Source: an uncultured Acidobacteriota bacterium (GTDB taxonomy: Bacteria; Acidobacteriota; UBA6911). Taken from it: a stretch of DNA of 64,000 bases. Shown piece after piece: positions 10,801 to 26,678 of the stretch; the first letter of the stretch is position 1; each line of letters starts with the position of its first letter. The notes under the pieces are model-generated. The model was given only the letters and a program-made list of their open reading frames with translations. It was not told the DNA's origin and did no database searches. Location of the stretch: positions 160,001-224,000 of the forward strand of contig CAWJKZ010000024.1 in the NCBI GenBank assembly GCA_963843575.1. Reading direction: 5' to 3'. Both the position numbers and the translations under genes were made by a program.

Positions 10801-12174
10801 TTACATCCCGAAGCGCTGGAGCCTGCGGTAAAGGGCGCTGCGGCTCAGCCCAAGCGCTTCCGCCGCGCGGAGGACGTTGCCGTCGTAGCGCGCGAGCGTC
10901 TTCTTAATCAGGTAACACTCCACCTCTTCGAGGCTCATGTCCTCGAGCCGGGAGGACACCTCCCGCGCGGGTCTCACCGCGAGATCGGTCGGGCGGATCG
11001 CGGGGCCCTGTGCCATCAGGACCGACCGTTCCACCGCGTGGTCCAGTTCGCGGATGTTGCCGGGCCAGTTGTGCTCGAGCAGGATCTGGAGGGCCGCGTC
11101 GTCGAAGCCCGTCAGGATCTTCCGGTAGCGCATCGAGTGCTGGCGCAGGAAGTGCTGGGCCAGCAGGGGGATGTCGGCCCGCCTCTCCCTCAGTGGCGGC
11201 AGGCGGATCTCGATCGTGTTGAGGCGGTACAGGAGATCCTGCCGGAACCGGCCGGCGCTCACCTCCTCCCCGATGTCCGCGTTGGTCGCGGAGAGGATGC
11301 GCACGTCCGCTTTCCGGGTCCTCGAGGAGCCGACCCGTTCGAACTCGCCTGTTTCCAGGACCCGCAGCAACTTGTTCTGCAGGTTGAGGGGGACGTTGGC
11401 GATCTCGTCCAGAAACAGGGTGCCGCCCTCGGCCAGTTCGAACCTGCCCACCCTGTCCGCCTTCGCGTCCGTGAAGGCCCCTTTGATGTGCCCGAACAGT
11501 TCGCTTTCGAACACCCCCTCCGACAGGCCGCCGGCGTTGACCGTAACCATCGGTTTGGAGGCGCGGGCCGAGACCGCGTGCAGCGTCTGCGCCACGACCT
11601 CCTTGCCTGTGCCGTGTTCGCCCGTTATCAGCACGTTGGCGTCGGAGGGGCCGACCCGGGCGATCAGATCCAGGATCGGTCTCATGTTGGCCGACTCGGC
11701 GATGAGTCGTGGCCGCCCCTCGCTCCGCAGGAGCTTGTTTTCGGCTTCGAGGCGCTGTCCCTTGCGCAGCGCCCGGCTCAGCTCGACCTGGGTTCTCAGG
11801 ATCGAAAGGAGGCGCGCGTTGTCCCACGGCTTCTGCACGAAGTCCCTGGCGCCGCGACGCATGGCTTCGACCGCGACCTCAACGCTGCCCCAGGCGGTCA
11901 TCACGACGATCGGCAGGGTATTGTCGATCATCTGGATCCTCGACAACAGGTCCAGCCCTTCCTGCCCGGATGTCGTGTCGCGCGCGTAGTTCAGGTCCAT
12001 CAGGACGGTGTCGAACTCGCGCGTTTCCAGCGCCTGGAGTATCCCGGCAGGGGAAGCCGCCGCCTCGGTCCGGAACCCCTCCCCTTTGAGCAGCATCCGC
12101 AGGGCTTCGAGCACGTCAGGCTGGTCGTCCGCGATCAATATTCTCGAAGTGCTTGTTGTATCGTGATAGGTCAT
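10801..12174 (-). CDS. Sigma54-dependent NtrC-family response regulator
   Basis: REC domain, GEHGTGKE, ESELFGH, GAFTDA, C-terminal Fis-type HTH. Confidence 0.95.
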   Translation of the reverse strand: MTYHDTTSTSRILIADDQPDVLEALRMLLKGEGFRTEAAASPAGILQALETREFDTVLMDLNYARDTTSGQEGLDLLSRIQMIDNTLPIVVMTAWGSVEVAVEAMRRGARDFVQKPWDNARLLSILRTQVELSRALRKGQRLEAENKLLRSEGRPRLIAESANMRPILDLIARVGPSDANVLITGEHGTGKEVVAQTLHAVSARASKPMVTVNAGGLSEGVFESELFGHIKGAFTDAKADRVGRFELAEGGTLFLDEIANVPLNLQNKLLRVLETGEFERVGSSRTRKADVRILSATNADIGEEVSAGRFRQDLLYRLNTIEIRLPPLRERRADIPLLAQHFLRQHSMRYRKILTGFDDAALQILLEHNWPGNIRELDHAVERSVLMAQGPAIRPTDLAVRPAREVSSRLEDMSLEEVECYLIKKTLARYDGNVLRAAEALGLSRSALYRRLQRFGM

Positions 12175-12480
12175 GCGAGCCCTGCCTGCGCACGTGCCAC
12201 TGTGCGAATCAAAAGTATAGGGCGGATGGAGGTCTTTGCGGTAGCACTCCTTTGGGCGGCACTCGGAGATTCTTCGAGTCCTTCGAGCCTTAGAGGCAAA
12301 TTCCAGCAGCCCACCTCCAAGGCTCGAAGGCCTCGAGGAATCTCCGAGGTTTTTGTTCAAAAAGGTGCGGCGGGGTCCGGGCACAACGGCCGAGGGCGGC
12401 CGGGAAAAGACCGCGAGATCCGGGAGTGCGCGATTATATCGGCGATCGTAAAACCTGAACGCGGAGGTTCAGCTCAGATG

Positions 12481-12511
12481 GAAAAGGCCGGGCAGATCGC
12501 CCGGCCTTTTC
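12481..12511. terminator. Intrinsic terminator downstream of the TonB receptor gene
   Basis: GAAAAGGCCGGGC-AGATC-GCCCGGCCTTTTC hairpin with A/T tails on both sides. Confidence 0.7.
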
Positions 12512-12539
12512 TCCGACACGGCGCGCTCGAACGTTCGGT

Positions 12540-15500
12540 CTAGAAGAAGTACTTCAACCCGAACTGGAGGTTGCGAGCGTTCTGGACTTGGGCCGTGATC
12601 TGGCCGAAGGTTCCGAGGTTGGTGATGTCGCGTCCCGGAGGGCCGAAGCTCACGTGGTTGAGGGCGTTGAAGAACTCGACGCGGAAGTCGAAACGCTGCG
12701 TTTCGGTGACGTGGAACTTCTTGCCGATGGAAAGGTCGAGGTTGAAGAAGCTCGGCGCGCGCTCGGTGCCGACGCCGGCGTTGCCGAACGAGCCGAAAGC
12801 CGGTATGCCGTACGCGCAGGTGCCGTTGTCCGCGCCCGCCCCACAGAAGGTCGTCGCGTCCACCGGCCCGAAGAACCGATCGACCGTGCTGGTCGAGACG
12901 TTGATCTTGCGATACTGGTTGGCCTCACGTTGCCGCGGACCGACTGCAGGGTGTTCGCCTGGTGGGCGCTGGCAAAGAGCGTGACCGGGAAGCCGGAGTG
13001 CGCGGACACCAAGTAATTGAGGTTCCACCCGCCGAGGATCAGATCAACCGCCTTCCCCATATTGCTGCCGAACATCTGGTTCTTGCCGAACGGCAGGTTG
13101 GCCAGACCGCCGAAGGAGACGTTGTGTGTGGCATCGAAGCAGGCAGGGCCGTAGTTGCCGCGTCGGTTGTAGGCATCCTGCCAGTAGGCGCCTTCGGCGC
13201 TGGTCGACCCGCAGCCGTAGTAGCCAAGGTTGTCGGTCAGGGTCTTGGAGAACGTGTATTGGCCGAGGAGTTCGAATCCGGCGCTCAGACGCTTACGTAC
13301 ACTGGTCTGCAGCGCGTTGTAGGCCATGGTTCCGCTGGATTCGGTCAGCGCGATATTGCCCAGGTTTGGCAAGACCTTGGCCAGCGGCCGGCGGGTATTG
13401 AGGGCGGCCCACGTCTTGGGATCGCCACTACCCGGCAGCGGCTGGTTGGCCTCGTGCGGCACCACCAGGTGAGTACCGTTCTGGCCGACATACGCCACGC
13501 TGGCCGAGGTGCTCTGGGAACCTGGTATTCGAGCGTGAAGTTGTACTGGCTGGTGAACTGCGGCCGCAGGTTCAGATCCCAGGCGCGCCCCTGATCGAGT
13601 AAGCCGTGACGCCCGCGCTGTCGAACTTCAGGCCCGGCGGGACATCGGAGAAACCGATGGCGATGTTGCCGGGGCACCGACGTCATAGTTGACATTGCTC
13701 TCGATTGAGAACGGAGGATTCAGCGGCAGGCGCAGGTTGGCGCCCGTGCCCTCCAGGAAGCTGGTAAACGCATATCCTGCGCGCACCACCAGCTTGTTCC
13801 TGAACATCTCGGGGTCCAGGCGATGCCGATGCGCGGCATGAACTGCTTGTAGTAAGGATTGATACAGCGCGCGGCCGAATTGCCGTCTTCGCCGGGATAG
13901 AGCAGCTCGCCGGTGTAGGTGTTGATGTTCACCTGGCGGTCGGCGACCTCGTAAATCGGGTGTCATATATTCCCAGCGCAGCCGAGATTCATGGTCAGAT
14001 TGCGCTTGGCCTTCCAGTCGTCCTGGAAGAAGAGGCCGTTGCGCCAGTGGCGATGGCCCCACTTGCCGGTGACCGCGCCGCGGCCCTTTATCGCGAGCTG
14101 GTTCAGCAGGAAGTCGGCATAGTCGAGGCCCGAAAAGCTCCCGTCGTAGGTGAAGAAACCCAGCGCGCCGTTGTTGCCGGCGTAGTAGCGGTTCTGCTGA
14201 TGCGCAGTATCTGTCCGCCCATCTTCAGCAGGTGGGCGCCGCTGGAATAGGTCAGAGTATCGTTGAACTGATACTTGTTATCCATGGTTGAGCCGATGGT
14301 GGCACCGGAACCGATGCTGGTCAGGCCGCCGCCGACGCTGACAGAACTGAGCCCGGGAATGGGCTGGCCGCCGGCGATGCCGAACTTGGAGTTGCCGTCC
14401 GAGCCCAACAACCCGGACCAATCGTAAGCGCTATCGTCGATGCCGATGCGGCTGTAGCCGATACGCATCTCGTTGACCACGCGCGGGGAGAACGTCCGGG
14501 TCCAGCCGACCTGGGTGCTCAGGGTCGGGCCATCGGTCCCGCCGGTCATCTGAACGGGCAGCACCGTGCGCGAAGTCAAGCTCTTGTAATACGCGCTGGA
14601 CCACCGCCCAAAGATAGGTCTTGTCGCTCAGCCGAAAATCGACTTTGGCATCGCCCTGGTGGTTGCGCAGAAGACTGGCCGTACCGGAGGCGTAGTTGCT
14701 GGTGACACCCAGAGCCCCGGTCCCGGTTGTTGGGCAGCGGATAGAGTTCGGGGTGCGTGAACAGCTCTTGGCCACCGGGTTCACGATGCGGTTCTCGGGA
14801 ATGATGTTGCCTGGGAACGGCTGGCCCGTAAGCGGATCTTAACGATCTGCGCTGTGGTCAGGAAAGCCGAGAGGTCGCCGGTGCGCCAGGCGGCGGGAGC
14901 GACGGTGGCCGTACCGGTGCCGGATCCGCGCTGCTCCGTGCCTTCGTAGTCGATGAAGAAGAACACCTTGCTCTTGACGATGGGGCCGCCGAAGGTGCCG
15001 CCGAAGATGTTGCGGTGAAAGGGAGCCCGCTTGCGGTCGCGGCCGACCGGTTGGTGAAGAAACCGTTGGCGTCCAACTGGTCGTTGCGCAGGAACTCGAA
15101 GACGTTGCCGTGGAACTTATTGGTGCCGCTCTTGATCGTCATGTTGACAATGGCGCCGCCCACGTTGCCGAACTCGCCACGCGCCGTTGCCGGTGATGAC
15201 CTTCACCTCTTCGAGCGCGTCCACGTTCGGGTTGTAGCCGATGCGGTTGTCGATCGAGTCGTTGACGTCGACGCCGTCGAGCAGGAAGTTGTTGGTCTGC
15301 TCGCGGTTGCCGTTCACCTGCGGACGGCTGCCGCTGCCCTGGAAGCGGCCCGACGTGTTCATCGCATTCGGGCTGGTGCTGATGGCGCCCGGGATCAGCA
15401 GCGTCAGGCTGGCGAAGTTGCGGCCGTTCAGAGGAATGGACTCGAGCTTCGTGGAGGTGAGCGAATCGCCGGTTGCCGTCGATTCGGTTTGCAGAATCGG

Positions 15501-15872
15501 GGCGACGGCCGTGATCTCGACGGTCTGCGCGGTACGCCGACCTCAAGCTTCACGTCCACGCGCGCAATCTGGTTGACTTCCAGGGCGAATGGGCCCAGGG
15601 CGGACCTTTTTGAATCCCTGCAGCTCTGCCTGGCCGCCACGGTGTAGTTGCCGACGGGCAGGAACAGCAGGTTGTAGAGACACCGGCCGCGTTGGTCGTC
15701 GCCTTAAATGTCAGGTTCGTGCCCGTGTTGGTCGCGACCACTGTGACGCCAGGCACGACGGCTCCGGTGGGATCTGACGCCGTACCCGTTATGGTGCCGG
15801 TAATCGTCTGTGCGATTGCCAGTCCGGTGCCGCACCACAGAGCACCAGCACTAATCCAATTGCTTTCTTCAT
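12540..15872 (-). CDS. Oar-like TonB-dependent receptor with N-terminal carboxypeptidase-regulatory-like domain (many frameshifts)
   Basis: Signal peptide [12 protein letters not shown]; [15 protein letters not shown]; [18 protein letters not shown]; C-terminal [11 protein letters not shown]...[11 protein letters not shown]. Confidence 0.88.
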
Positions 15873-16079
15873 CACGTTTTTCCTTTCAGAAAAGTTGATG
15901 AGCCCCGCACAGAAATCGACTGTGTGAAAGCATTGGCATGCGTACTCCAGGGTTGTTAACGCTGCCAGGGCGCCCAAGCTGGATTCCCTCCAGGTCACCT
16001 GCAGACACATTCAGCTGAGCAGAGGCATCTTAGCACTTTTGCTTCGAGGTAGCCCGATTTTAGAGGCGATCACTGCGGA

Positions 16080-16265
16080 GCCCGTATTCGGGCGGGTTCG
16101 GCCGAATTCGTCGTGACGCAGCTGCGAATGCCCTGCTCCAAACTCGGGATTCGATTCGATCGTCCGGATATGGTCAAGCGCTTTCTTCGGAGCGGACGCA
16201 CGGGTTTCTATCTCAGGGTTCTTCGCGAGGGAGAAGTCGGAACGGGCGATAAGATCGAGTACGGG
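16080..16265 (+). pseudogene. MOSC-domain protein fragment
   Basis: RIRAGSAEFVVTQLRMPCSKLGIRF...GRTGFYLRVLREGEV; N-terminal half absent. Confidence 0.7.
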
Positions 16266-16292
16266 GATCCGCAGGACAAGGGACTGACCATA

Positions 16293-16381
16293 CACGGCAT
16301 CCGCATCAACGAACGATGGCGGGTCTGCTTCGGTGGGAAGAGGGGAACGCCTTCGACGTCGAGATCGTCGATTACCACTGA
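16293..16381 (+). pseudogene. higB: HigB toxin C-terminal fragment
   Basis: HGIRINERWRVCF then, after a 1-nt shift, WEEGNAFDVEIVDYH-stop; lies just upstream of higA. Confidence 0.75.
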
Positions 16382-16394
16382 GGGATTTGGCAAT

Positions 16395-16655
16395 ATGGGC
16401 AGGAAACTCCTGGACCCGATTCCACCTGGCGAGATACTTCTCGAGGAGTTCATGCGGCCTTTGGGTATCGGCATGAACCGGCTCGCCCGCGACATCGATG
16501 TGCCGCCCAAGCGGATCAGCGCCATTGTACGCGGCAGGCGGGCGATCACGGCAGATACTGCACTCCGGCTCGGGAAATATTTCGGCGTCTCACCGGAGAT
16601 CTGGCTGGACCTGCAGTCCGACTACGACCTCAGGGTGTTTCGCCGCACGGATTAG
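16395..16655 (+). CDS. higA: HigA-family antitoxin (HTH)
   Basis: PPGEILLEEF...RAITADTALRLGKYFGVSPEIWLDLQSDYDL. Confidence 0.9.
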   Translation: MGRKLLDPIPPGEILLEEFMRPLGIGMNRLARDIDVPPKRISAIVRGRRAITADTALRLGKYFGVSPEIWLDLQSDYDLRVFRRTD

Positions 16656-16756
16656 ATCATGGGTCACGTTTCAACGTAAGTTCTCCACCAGCATCAGGTC
16701 GCTGCCGGTTCGATCCGGCGTCCAGGCTAGGGTCCCGGCCGCCGATCAGCGTTTAG

Positions 16757-17104
16757 TGGTGGAGGTGGCGGGAATCGAACCCGCGTCCGAAGGCCTTCAG
16801 CTAACAGAGCCTACATGCGTATCCGGTTCGTTGAGTTTCGCGAGCACTCCGTTCGAGCCCGGCAAGTGCGGAGCGTCGCTAGCCCCTTTAGTTTCGGCGG
16901 GCGTCCCAGGGCTCGAACGCCAACCTAGCCTGCTAGTGGCGTCTCGGCCCGACCTCGCAGGCAAGATCGGCGAGACGTGACCGCCTAAGCGGCCAGTGCT
17001 AACTGAGTGTCAGCAGTTGTGTTTTTTCCACGTTTTAACGAGTCGCGGAGCGCTCGGCATGCCTCTGTTGCCTCTATGACCCCCGTCGAAACCAGGTCAC
17101 CCCC
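16757..17104 (-). ncRNA. ssrA: tmRNA
   Basis: 5' GGGGGTGACCTGGTTTCGAC, 3' GGACGCGGGTTCGATTCCCGCCACCTCCACCA; tag frame ADTQLALAA-stop at 17014-16985. Confidence 0.95.
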
Positions 17105-17122
17105 ATTTCATCTACCGGAATT

Positions 17123-17128
17123 ATTATA
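17123..17128 (-). promoter_or_regulatory. -10 element upstream of tmRNA
   Basis: TATAAT on minus strand ~19 nt before the mature 5' end. Confidence 0.5.
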
Positions 17129-17226
17129 GCGCACCATCCGCGCACGGCGCCACCCGGAGCCTCGTGGCCCGCGGCGGCTCGAGCGCCGCCCCCTGGCTCC
17201 GGAAATTCAAATTCTTGCATTAGTGG

Positions 17227-17255
17227 TTGACACGTCCGGCCCCGGTAAATAGAAT
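17227..17255 (+). promoter_or_regulatory. Sigma70-type promoter of the M23 peptidase gene
   Basis: TTGACA-17 bp-TAGAAT. Confidence 0.75.
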
Positions 17256-17366
17256 GCCGCAATCTAATCGAACGCCCGTCTTCTTACGGTCGGACCTCCA
17301 TTGGAGGTCAACTGGCTTTTCACGACCCTGGCAGCCAGTTTGTTCTTTTCATCGAAGGGGAATCCG

Positions 17367-18260
17367 ATGCTCAACAAAAGGCTTTATACGTTCATTGTAG
17401 CGAGCCATGCGGATGGCAGACTCTGGCGGCTGTCGCTTCCCTATCCGGCGCTCGTGGCAGTAGCGGGGTTTGCATTGATAGGCGTCGTCACCGCCGGTGT
17501 CGCCGCATATGATTACGGCAGAACGCTTTTAAAGCTTTCCGATTACACGCGCGTGCTTGCCGAAAACGATTTGTTTCGTTCTGAAAACCACAACTACCGG
17601 ATCCAGACCGCCCAGTTGGGCGAGAAGCTGGACTTCCTCGAGACCACCTACCGTAAGCTCGCAGTCATCACCGGGATGAACTCCGACAAGGGCGTGGGGG
17701 GTGTCGGCGGCTATTCGTCCAGCAGCTTCAGCCAGCCCCTGCCTGCATCGGCCGGGACCCTTCAGTCCATCGACGGCTACAACAGGAAGCTCGCCTCACT
17801 GGGCGACAAGTACAGGAGAATCGAAGACAGCCTTTCCTACAAGTCGCTGCTGGATTCGACGATCCCTTCCGTCTGGCCCGTGCGGGGATATGTGACGGGC
17901 GGACTCGGCCGCAGGGAAGATCCGATTACCGGCATCGGCACCGACATGCACACGGGCGTGGACATATCGGCCCCCTACGGGAAACAGGTGATGGCCCCGG
18001 CCGACGGCACGGTGATATTTGCAGGGTACCGCGCAGGATACGGCAACATCATCGTGCTCGACCACCGGTTCGACATCACGACGCGCTACGGCCACCTCTC
18101 GCGCTTCAACGTCCAGGTCGGCCAGCACGTCACCCGAGGCGACATCATCGGGTACGTGGGTACCTCCGGCAGGTCCACCGGCCCGCACCTCCACTTCGAG
18201 GTCCGGATCCACAACCAGCCGAAGAATCCCAAAGCGTTTATTCATTCAGCGAACGGATAG
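17367..18260 (+). CDS. M23 family peptidoglycan endopeptidase
   Basis: TM + coiled coil, HTGVD, YGHLS, GRSTGPHLHFEV. Confidence 0.93.
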   Translation: MLNKRLYTFIVASHADGRLWRLSLPYPALVAVAGFALIGVVTAGVAAYDYGRTLLKLSDYTRVLAENDLFRSENHNYRIQTAQLGEKLDFLETTYRKLAVITGMNSDKGVGGVGGYSSSSFSQPLPASAGTLQSIDGYNRKLASLGDKYRRIEDSLSYKSLLDSTIPSVWPVRGYVTGGLGRREDPITGIGTDMHTGVDISAPYGKQVMAPADGTVIFAGYRAGYGNIIVLDHRFDITTRYGHLSRFNVQVGQHVTRGDIIGYVGTSGRSTGPHLHFEVRIHNQPKNPKAFIHSANG

Positions 18261-18705
18261 CGCGTCGGTAGAAGTCCTTCCGCTGTCCTCCGGCTTTTTT
18301 CCCCGTATCCTCGTGGCGTTGTCTTTGTCCGTCTTTGCCCCGCGGCTCGAGATTTGTCAGGGGGACGGACGTCCAGCCGCCGCACTCCAAACTGCGATTC
18401 AGACAGTGCGCAGGCGACTCAAAATCCCTCGGACGCGGACGAACGCTGGCAAAGCTCGACGGAGCGCCCCGTCGAGCTTTGCACACGGCCGCGGGCTGCC
18501 ACCATGTAGAAATCCGCGTTCATCCGCGCAAATCCGCGTCCTGGAAACGTTAGCGTATTTCTGAACACGAGTACTTGGGGTTCGCGCAAGAATGAGTTCA
18601 CATTTTGGCGCGAGCCCCAAGCTACAACGTAAGTCCGCGAGAACCCGCGTTCCAGGAAGTTTGCAGGATCCCCAGTGTCTGAATCGCCGACTCCAAACCT
18701 CTGAA

Positions 18706-18734
18706 TTGACTGCACCATGCCCGTCTGTTAGATT
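18706..18734 (+). promoter_or_regulatory. Sigma70-type promoter of secA
   Basis: TTGACT-17 bp-TAGATT with TGn extension. Confidence 0.6.
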
Positions 18735-18764
18735 AGCAAGTTTATACCGGGCGGAGCCTCCTTC

Positions 18765-21438
<2,674 letters not shown>

Positions 21439-21517
21439 GTGCCTGCGTCGGGTTTCCGCCGATCCCGCCCGGACAGGCTTCGAGGCCCGAACTTCATTCC
21501 GATCGACAGAAAAAGCC

Positions 21518-23735
<2,218 letters not shown>

Positions 23736-23757
23736 ACCTGAGTCCAGGAGCTGGTTT

Positions 23758-24315
23758 ATGAGATGCGAGGACGTCAAGGAACGATTTGTCGAGCTGTTGT
23801 ACGACGAGCCGGGTACCCCCCCGGCCAGTCCGGAACTGCGGGGCCACCTCGCTTCCTGCCCGGCCTGCCGGCGGGAGCTCGCGGAGCTCCAGGAAACCAG
23901 GTCGGCCCTGGCCGCCTGGACGGACGAGGCACCCCTGCGCCCGATCCTGCTGCCGCGCGCGGACCGCGCGTCGACCCCTCGCCGGCCGATGTTTTTCCGG
24001 TACCTGGGCTACGCCGCGGCCGCCGCCGCCGTCGCGCTGGCCTTCCTCGCGCTCGCCAACGCCGAGATAACGTGGAACCGCGACGGCCTGGCGTTTCGCA
24101 CGCACCTGTTTTCCAGCCCCGGCGTGCCGCGGGAAACCTACACCAAGGCCGAGGTCCGCTCCCTCCTCAAAGCCGTGGTCGACGACACCGAGAGCCGCGT
24201 TATGGAGACGAATTACCTGATGATGCAGCGCATGATGGACACCATCGAGGAGGACCGCCGGCTGGACTGGCGCCTGGTGCGCACGGAAACTGCCCGGAAT
24301 CACAACAAGAACTGA
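23758..24315 (+). CDS. Zinc-finger (HxxxCxxC) transmembrane anti-sigma factor
   Basis: C...HLASCPAC motif followed by one TM helix, directly after the ECF sigma. Confidence 0.85.
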   Translation: MRCEDVKERFVELLYDEPGTPPASPELRGHLASCPACRRELAELQETRSALAAWTDEAPLRPILLPRADRASTPRRPMFFRYLGYAAAAAAVALAFLALANAEITWNRDGLAFRTHLFSSPGVPRETYTKAEVRSLLKAVVDDTESRVMETNYLMMQRMMDTIEEDRRLDWRLVRTETARNHNKN

Positions 24316-24358
24316 AGATCCCGGCCTCAACGACCCCCGGGGCTCATGGAGACGAATA

Positions 24359-24946
24359 ATGAACGCGGAATTGAAGCGAGGGCTCTTTTCCAGTATTTTG
24401 TTGGTTGGGTTTTTGAGCGCGCCCCTGGCAGGCCAGGCCGGGCGGGGAGCACAGGACGGCGAGAAAGTAGACTTCTCCTCCGCCCGCCAGGAAATTCAGG
24501 GCTTTGAGTCCACCATCAACAACGTCATAAATGCTGCGTTCACGAGCCCGTTCGCTCTGAATCAGAAGGCAAAGGGCGTCTACCTGCCGGGGTATGGTTT
24601 TAGTTTCAACTTCCTGGTCAACATTCACCGGGCCCTGATCAACACGCCGTTCGGCGAACTCAGGAGCGGGGCGCAGATCACGCCGGAGCAGAAGAAGCGG
24701 CGCATCGAGGATCTGAAGAAGAAGCTCATCCGGACCCTGTTCGACGGCGGCGACGGCCTGCGACAACTGCCACGGGGCGAGGCGGTCACCATCGTGGCGT
24801 TTTTCGAGGACCGGAATTTCCCCGATGAGCCGAGTGAGAACAAGACCATCGTCCTGACCGTCCTCAAGAAGGACCTGGACGAACTTGGGCACAAGGAAGA
24901 CACGCTCAAGGAATTCGAGCAGAGGGTTAAGATCGTTGAGTATTAA
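24359..24946 (+). CDS. Exported hypothetical protein of the ECF operon
   Basis: Signal peptide; intact 195-aa ORF overlapping the gspE start. Confidence 0.7.
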   Translation: MNAELKRGLFSSILLVGFLSAPLAGQAGRGAQDGEKVDFSSARQEIQGFESTINNVINAAFTSPFALNQKAKGVYLPGYGFSFNFLVNIHRALINTPFGELRSGAQITPEQKKRRIEDLKKKLIRTLFDGGDGLRQLPRGEAVTIVAFFEDRNFPDEPSENKTIVLTVLKKDLDELGHKEDTLKEFEQRVKIVEY

Positions 24947-26666
24947 AGTCGAGGCGCTGAAGGCGAGGAAGCCGCTCGGCCAGGTCTTTCTGGAACGCGG
25001 CCTGGTGGATGAGGAGGAGTTGCGGACCGCGCTCAACCTGCAGGTCGAGTCGCGCGAAAAGATCGGCAAGCTCCTCGTCGACCTCGGGTACATCTCCGAA
25101 AAAGACTGCCTGGCAATCGTGTCCGAACACCTCGGGATTCCGTCGGTCACCGGGGCGGATTACCCGTCGGTGCCAGTGCTCGAGAACGTCCTGACTTACC
25201 GGTTCATGAAACAGTGCAAGTTCGTCCCCATGGCACTGGAAGACGACCTGCTGACACTGGCGATGACCGACCCGCTCGATTACGCCACGGTCGACTCCGT
25301 GCGGCAGGCGACCGGCTACCGCATCCGCGCGGTTGCTCGGGTGCCGAGAGCGAGATCATGGACGTCCTCGAGAAACTCTACGGCTCGGCCGCGAGCTCGT
25401 TCGGGCGCATCATCGAGGGCATCGACGACGGCAACATCGAGAGCCTCTCCGACGAGATCGAGGACATCGAACAGCTGAAGGATCTCGCCTCGGAGGCTCC
25501 CGTCATCCGCCTGGTGAACCTGATCATCTCCAAGGCGATCGAGGCCAGGGCGAGCGACATTCACATCGAGCCGTTCGAAAAGGACCTGAAGGTGCGCTAC
25601 CGGATCGACGGCATCCTGCACGACGTCGAGTCCCCTCCGAAGAAGCTGAAGGCCGCCGTGATCAGCCGCGTCAAGATCATGGCCAAGATCAACATCGCCG
25701 AGCGGCGACTGCCCCAGGACGGCCGCATCAAGCTGAAGGTGCTCGGCCGCGACATCGACCTGCGCGTCTCCACCCTGCCCACGCTCTACGGCGAGAGCGT
25801 GGTCATGCGTATCCTCGACAAGAGCAACACCAGCCTGTACGACATCCGCCGGCTGGGATTCCCCGAGGATGCGCTGCGCGATTTCGAAGGCGCTGATCCG
25901 GCGCCCGCACGGCATCATGCTCGTCACGGGGCCGACCGGCAGCGGGAAGACCACCACCCTGTACAGCGCGCTGGACACCATCAACCTCCCCGACAAGAAG
26001 ATCATCACGATCGAGGACCCGATCGAGTACCAGATGGACGGCATCAACCAGATCCAGGTCCAGGCCCAGATCGGGCTGACGTTCGCGGCCGGGCTGCGGC
26101 ACATCGTGCGGCAGGACCCGGACGTGATCATGGTCGGCGAGATCCGCGACCTGGAGACGGCCGAAATCGCCATCCGCGCGGCGTTGACCGGACACCTCGT
26201 CTTCTCCACGCTGCACACCAACGACGCCCCCAGCGCCATCACGCGCCTGGTCGACATGGGCGCCGAGGATTATCTCATCGCTTCCTCGCTCCTGGGCGTG
26301 CTGGCGCAGCGCCTCGTGCGCGTCATCTGCCCGCACTGCAAGGAGGAGGTTTTTCCCGTGCCGGAAATGCTGGACGAGATCGGGTTCCGGCGCGGGAACG
26401 GCTATCGCGGCCCGAACCGCTTTTTTGAAGGCAAGGGTTGCGAGCGCTGCAGCAACACCGGGTTCATCGGCCGCATCGGCATCTACGAGCTGATGATCAT
26501 GAACGACGAACTGCGCAAGCTCACCATCGGCAAGGCCGACTCCAACCAGATCCGCAAGAAAGCGGTCGAGTTCGGGATGCGCAAGTTGCGCGACGACGGC
26601 TGGCTCAAGGTCCGCGAGGGCACCACCAGCATCTCGGAGGTCCTGCGCGTAACGCAGGACGCCTGA
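24936..26666 (+). CDS. gspE: Type II secretion / pilus assembly ATPase GspE (frameshifts near 25340, 25890)
   Basis: [47 protein letters not shown], CxxC pairs; start inferred. Confidence 0.92.
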
Positions 26667-26678
26667 GCCTGAGGTAGC

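Noticed and set aside
16113-16655. A real 180-aa MOSC-HigB-HigA fusion protein
   Set aside because: The ORF joins two partial domains, and the higB tail is out of frame; higA has its own ATG at 16395
16757-16790. tRNA gene
   Set aside because: The T-arm and CCA end belong to the tmRNA, whose 5' end and tag frame lie ~350 nt away
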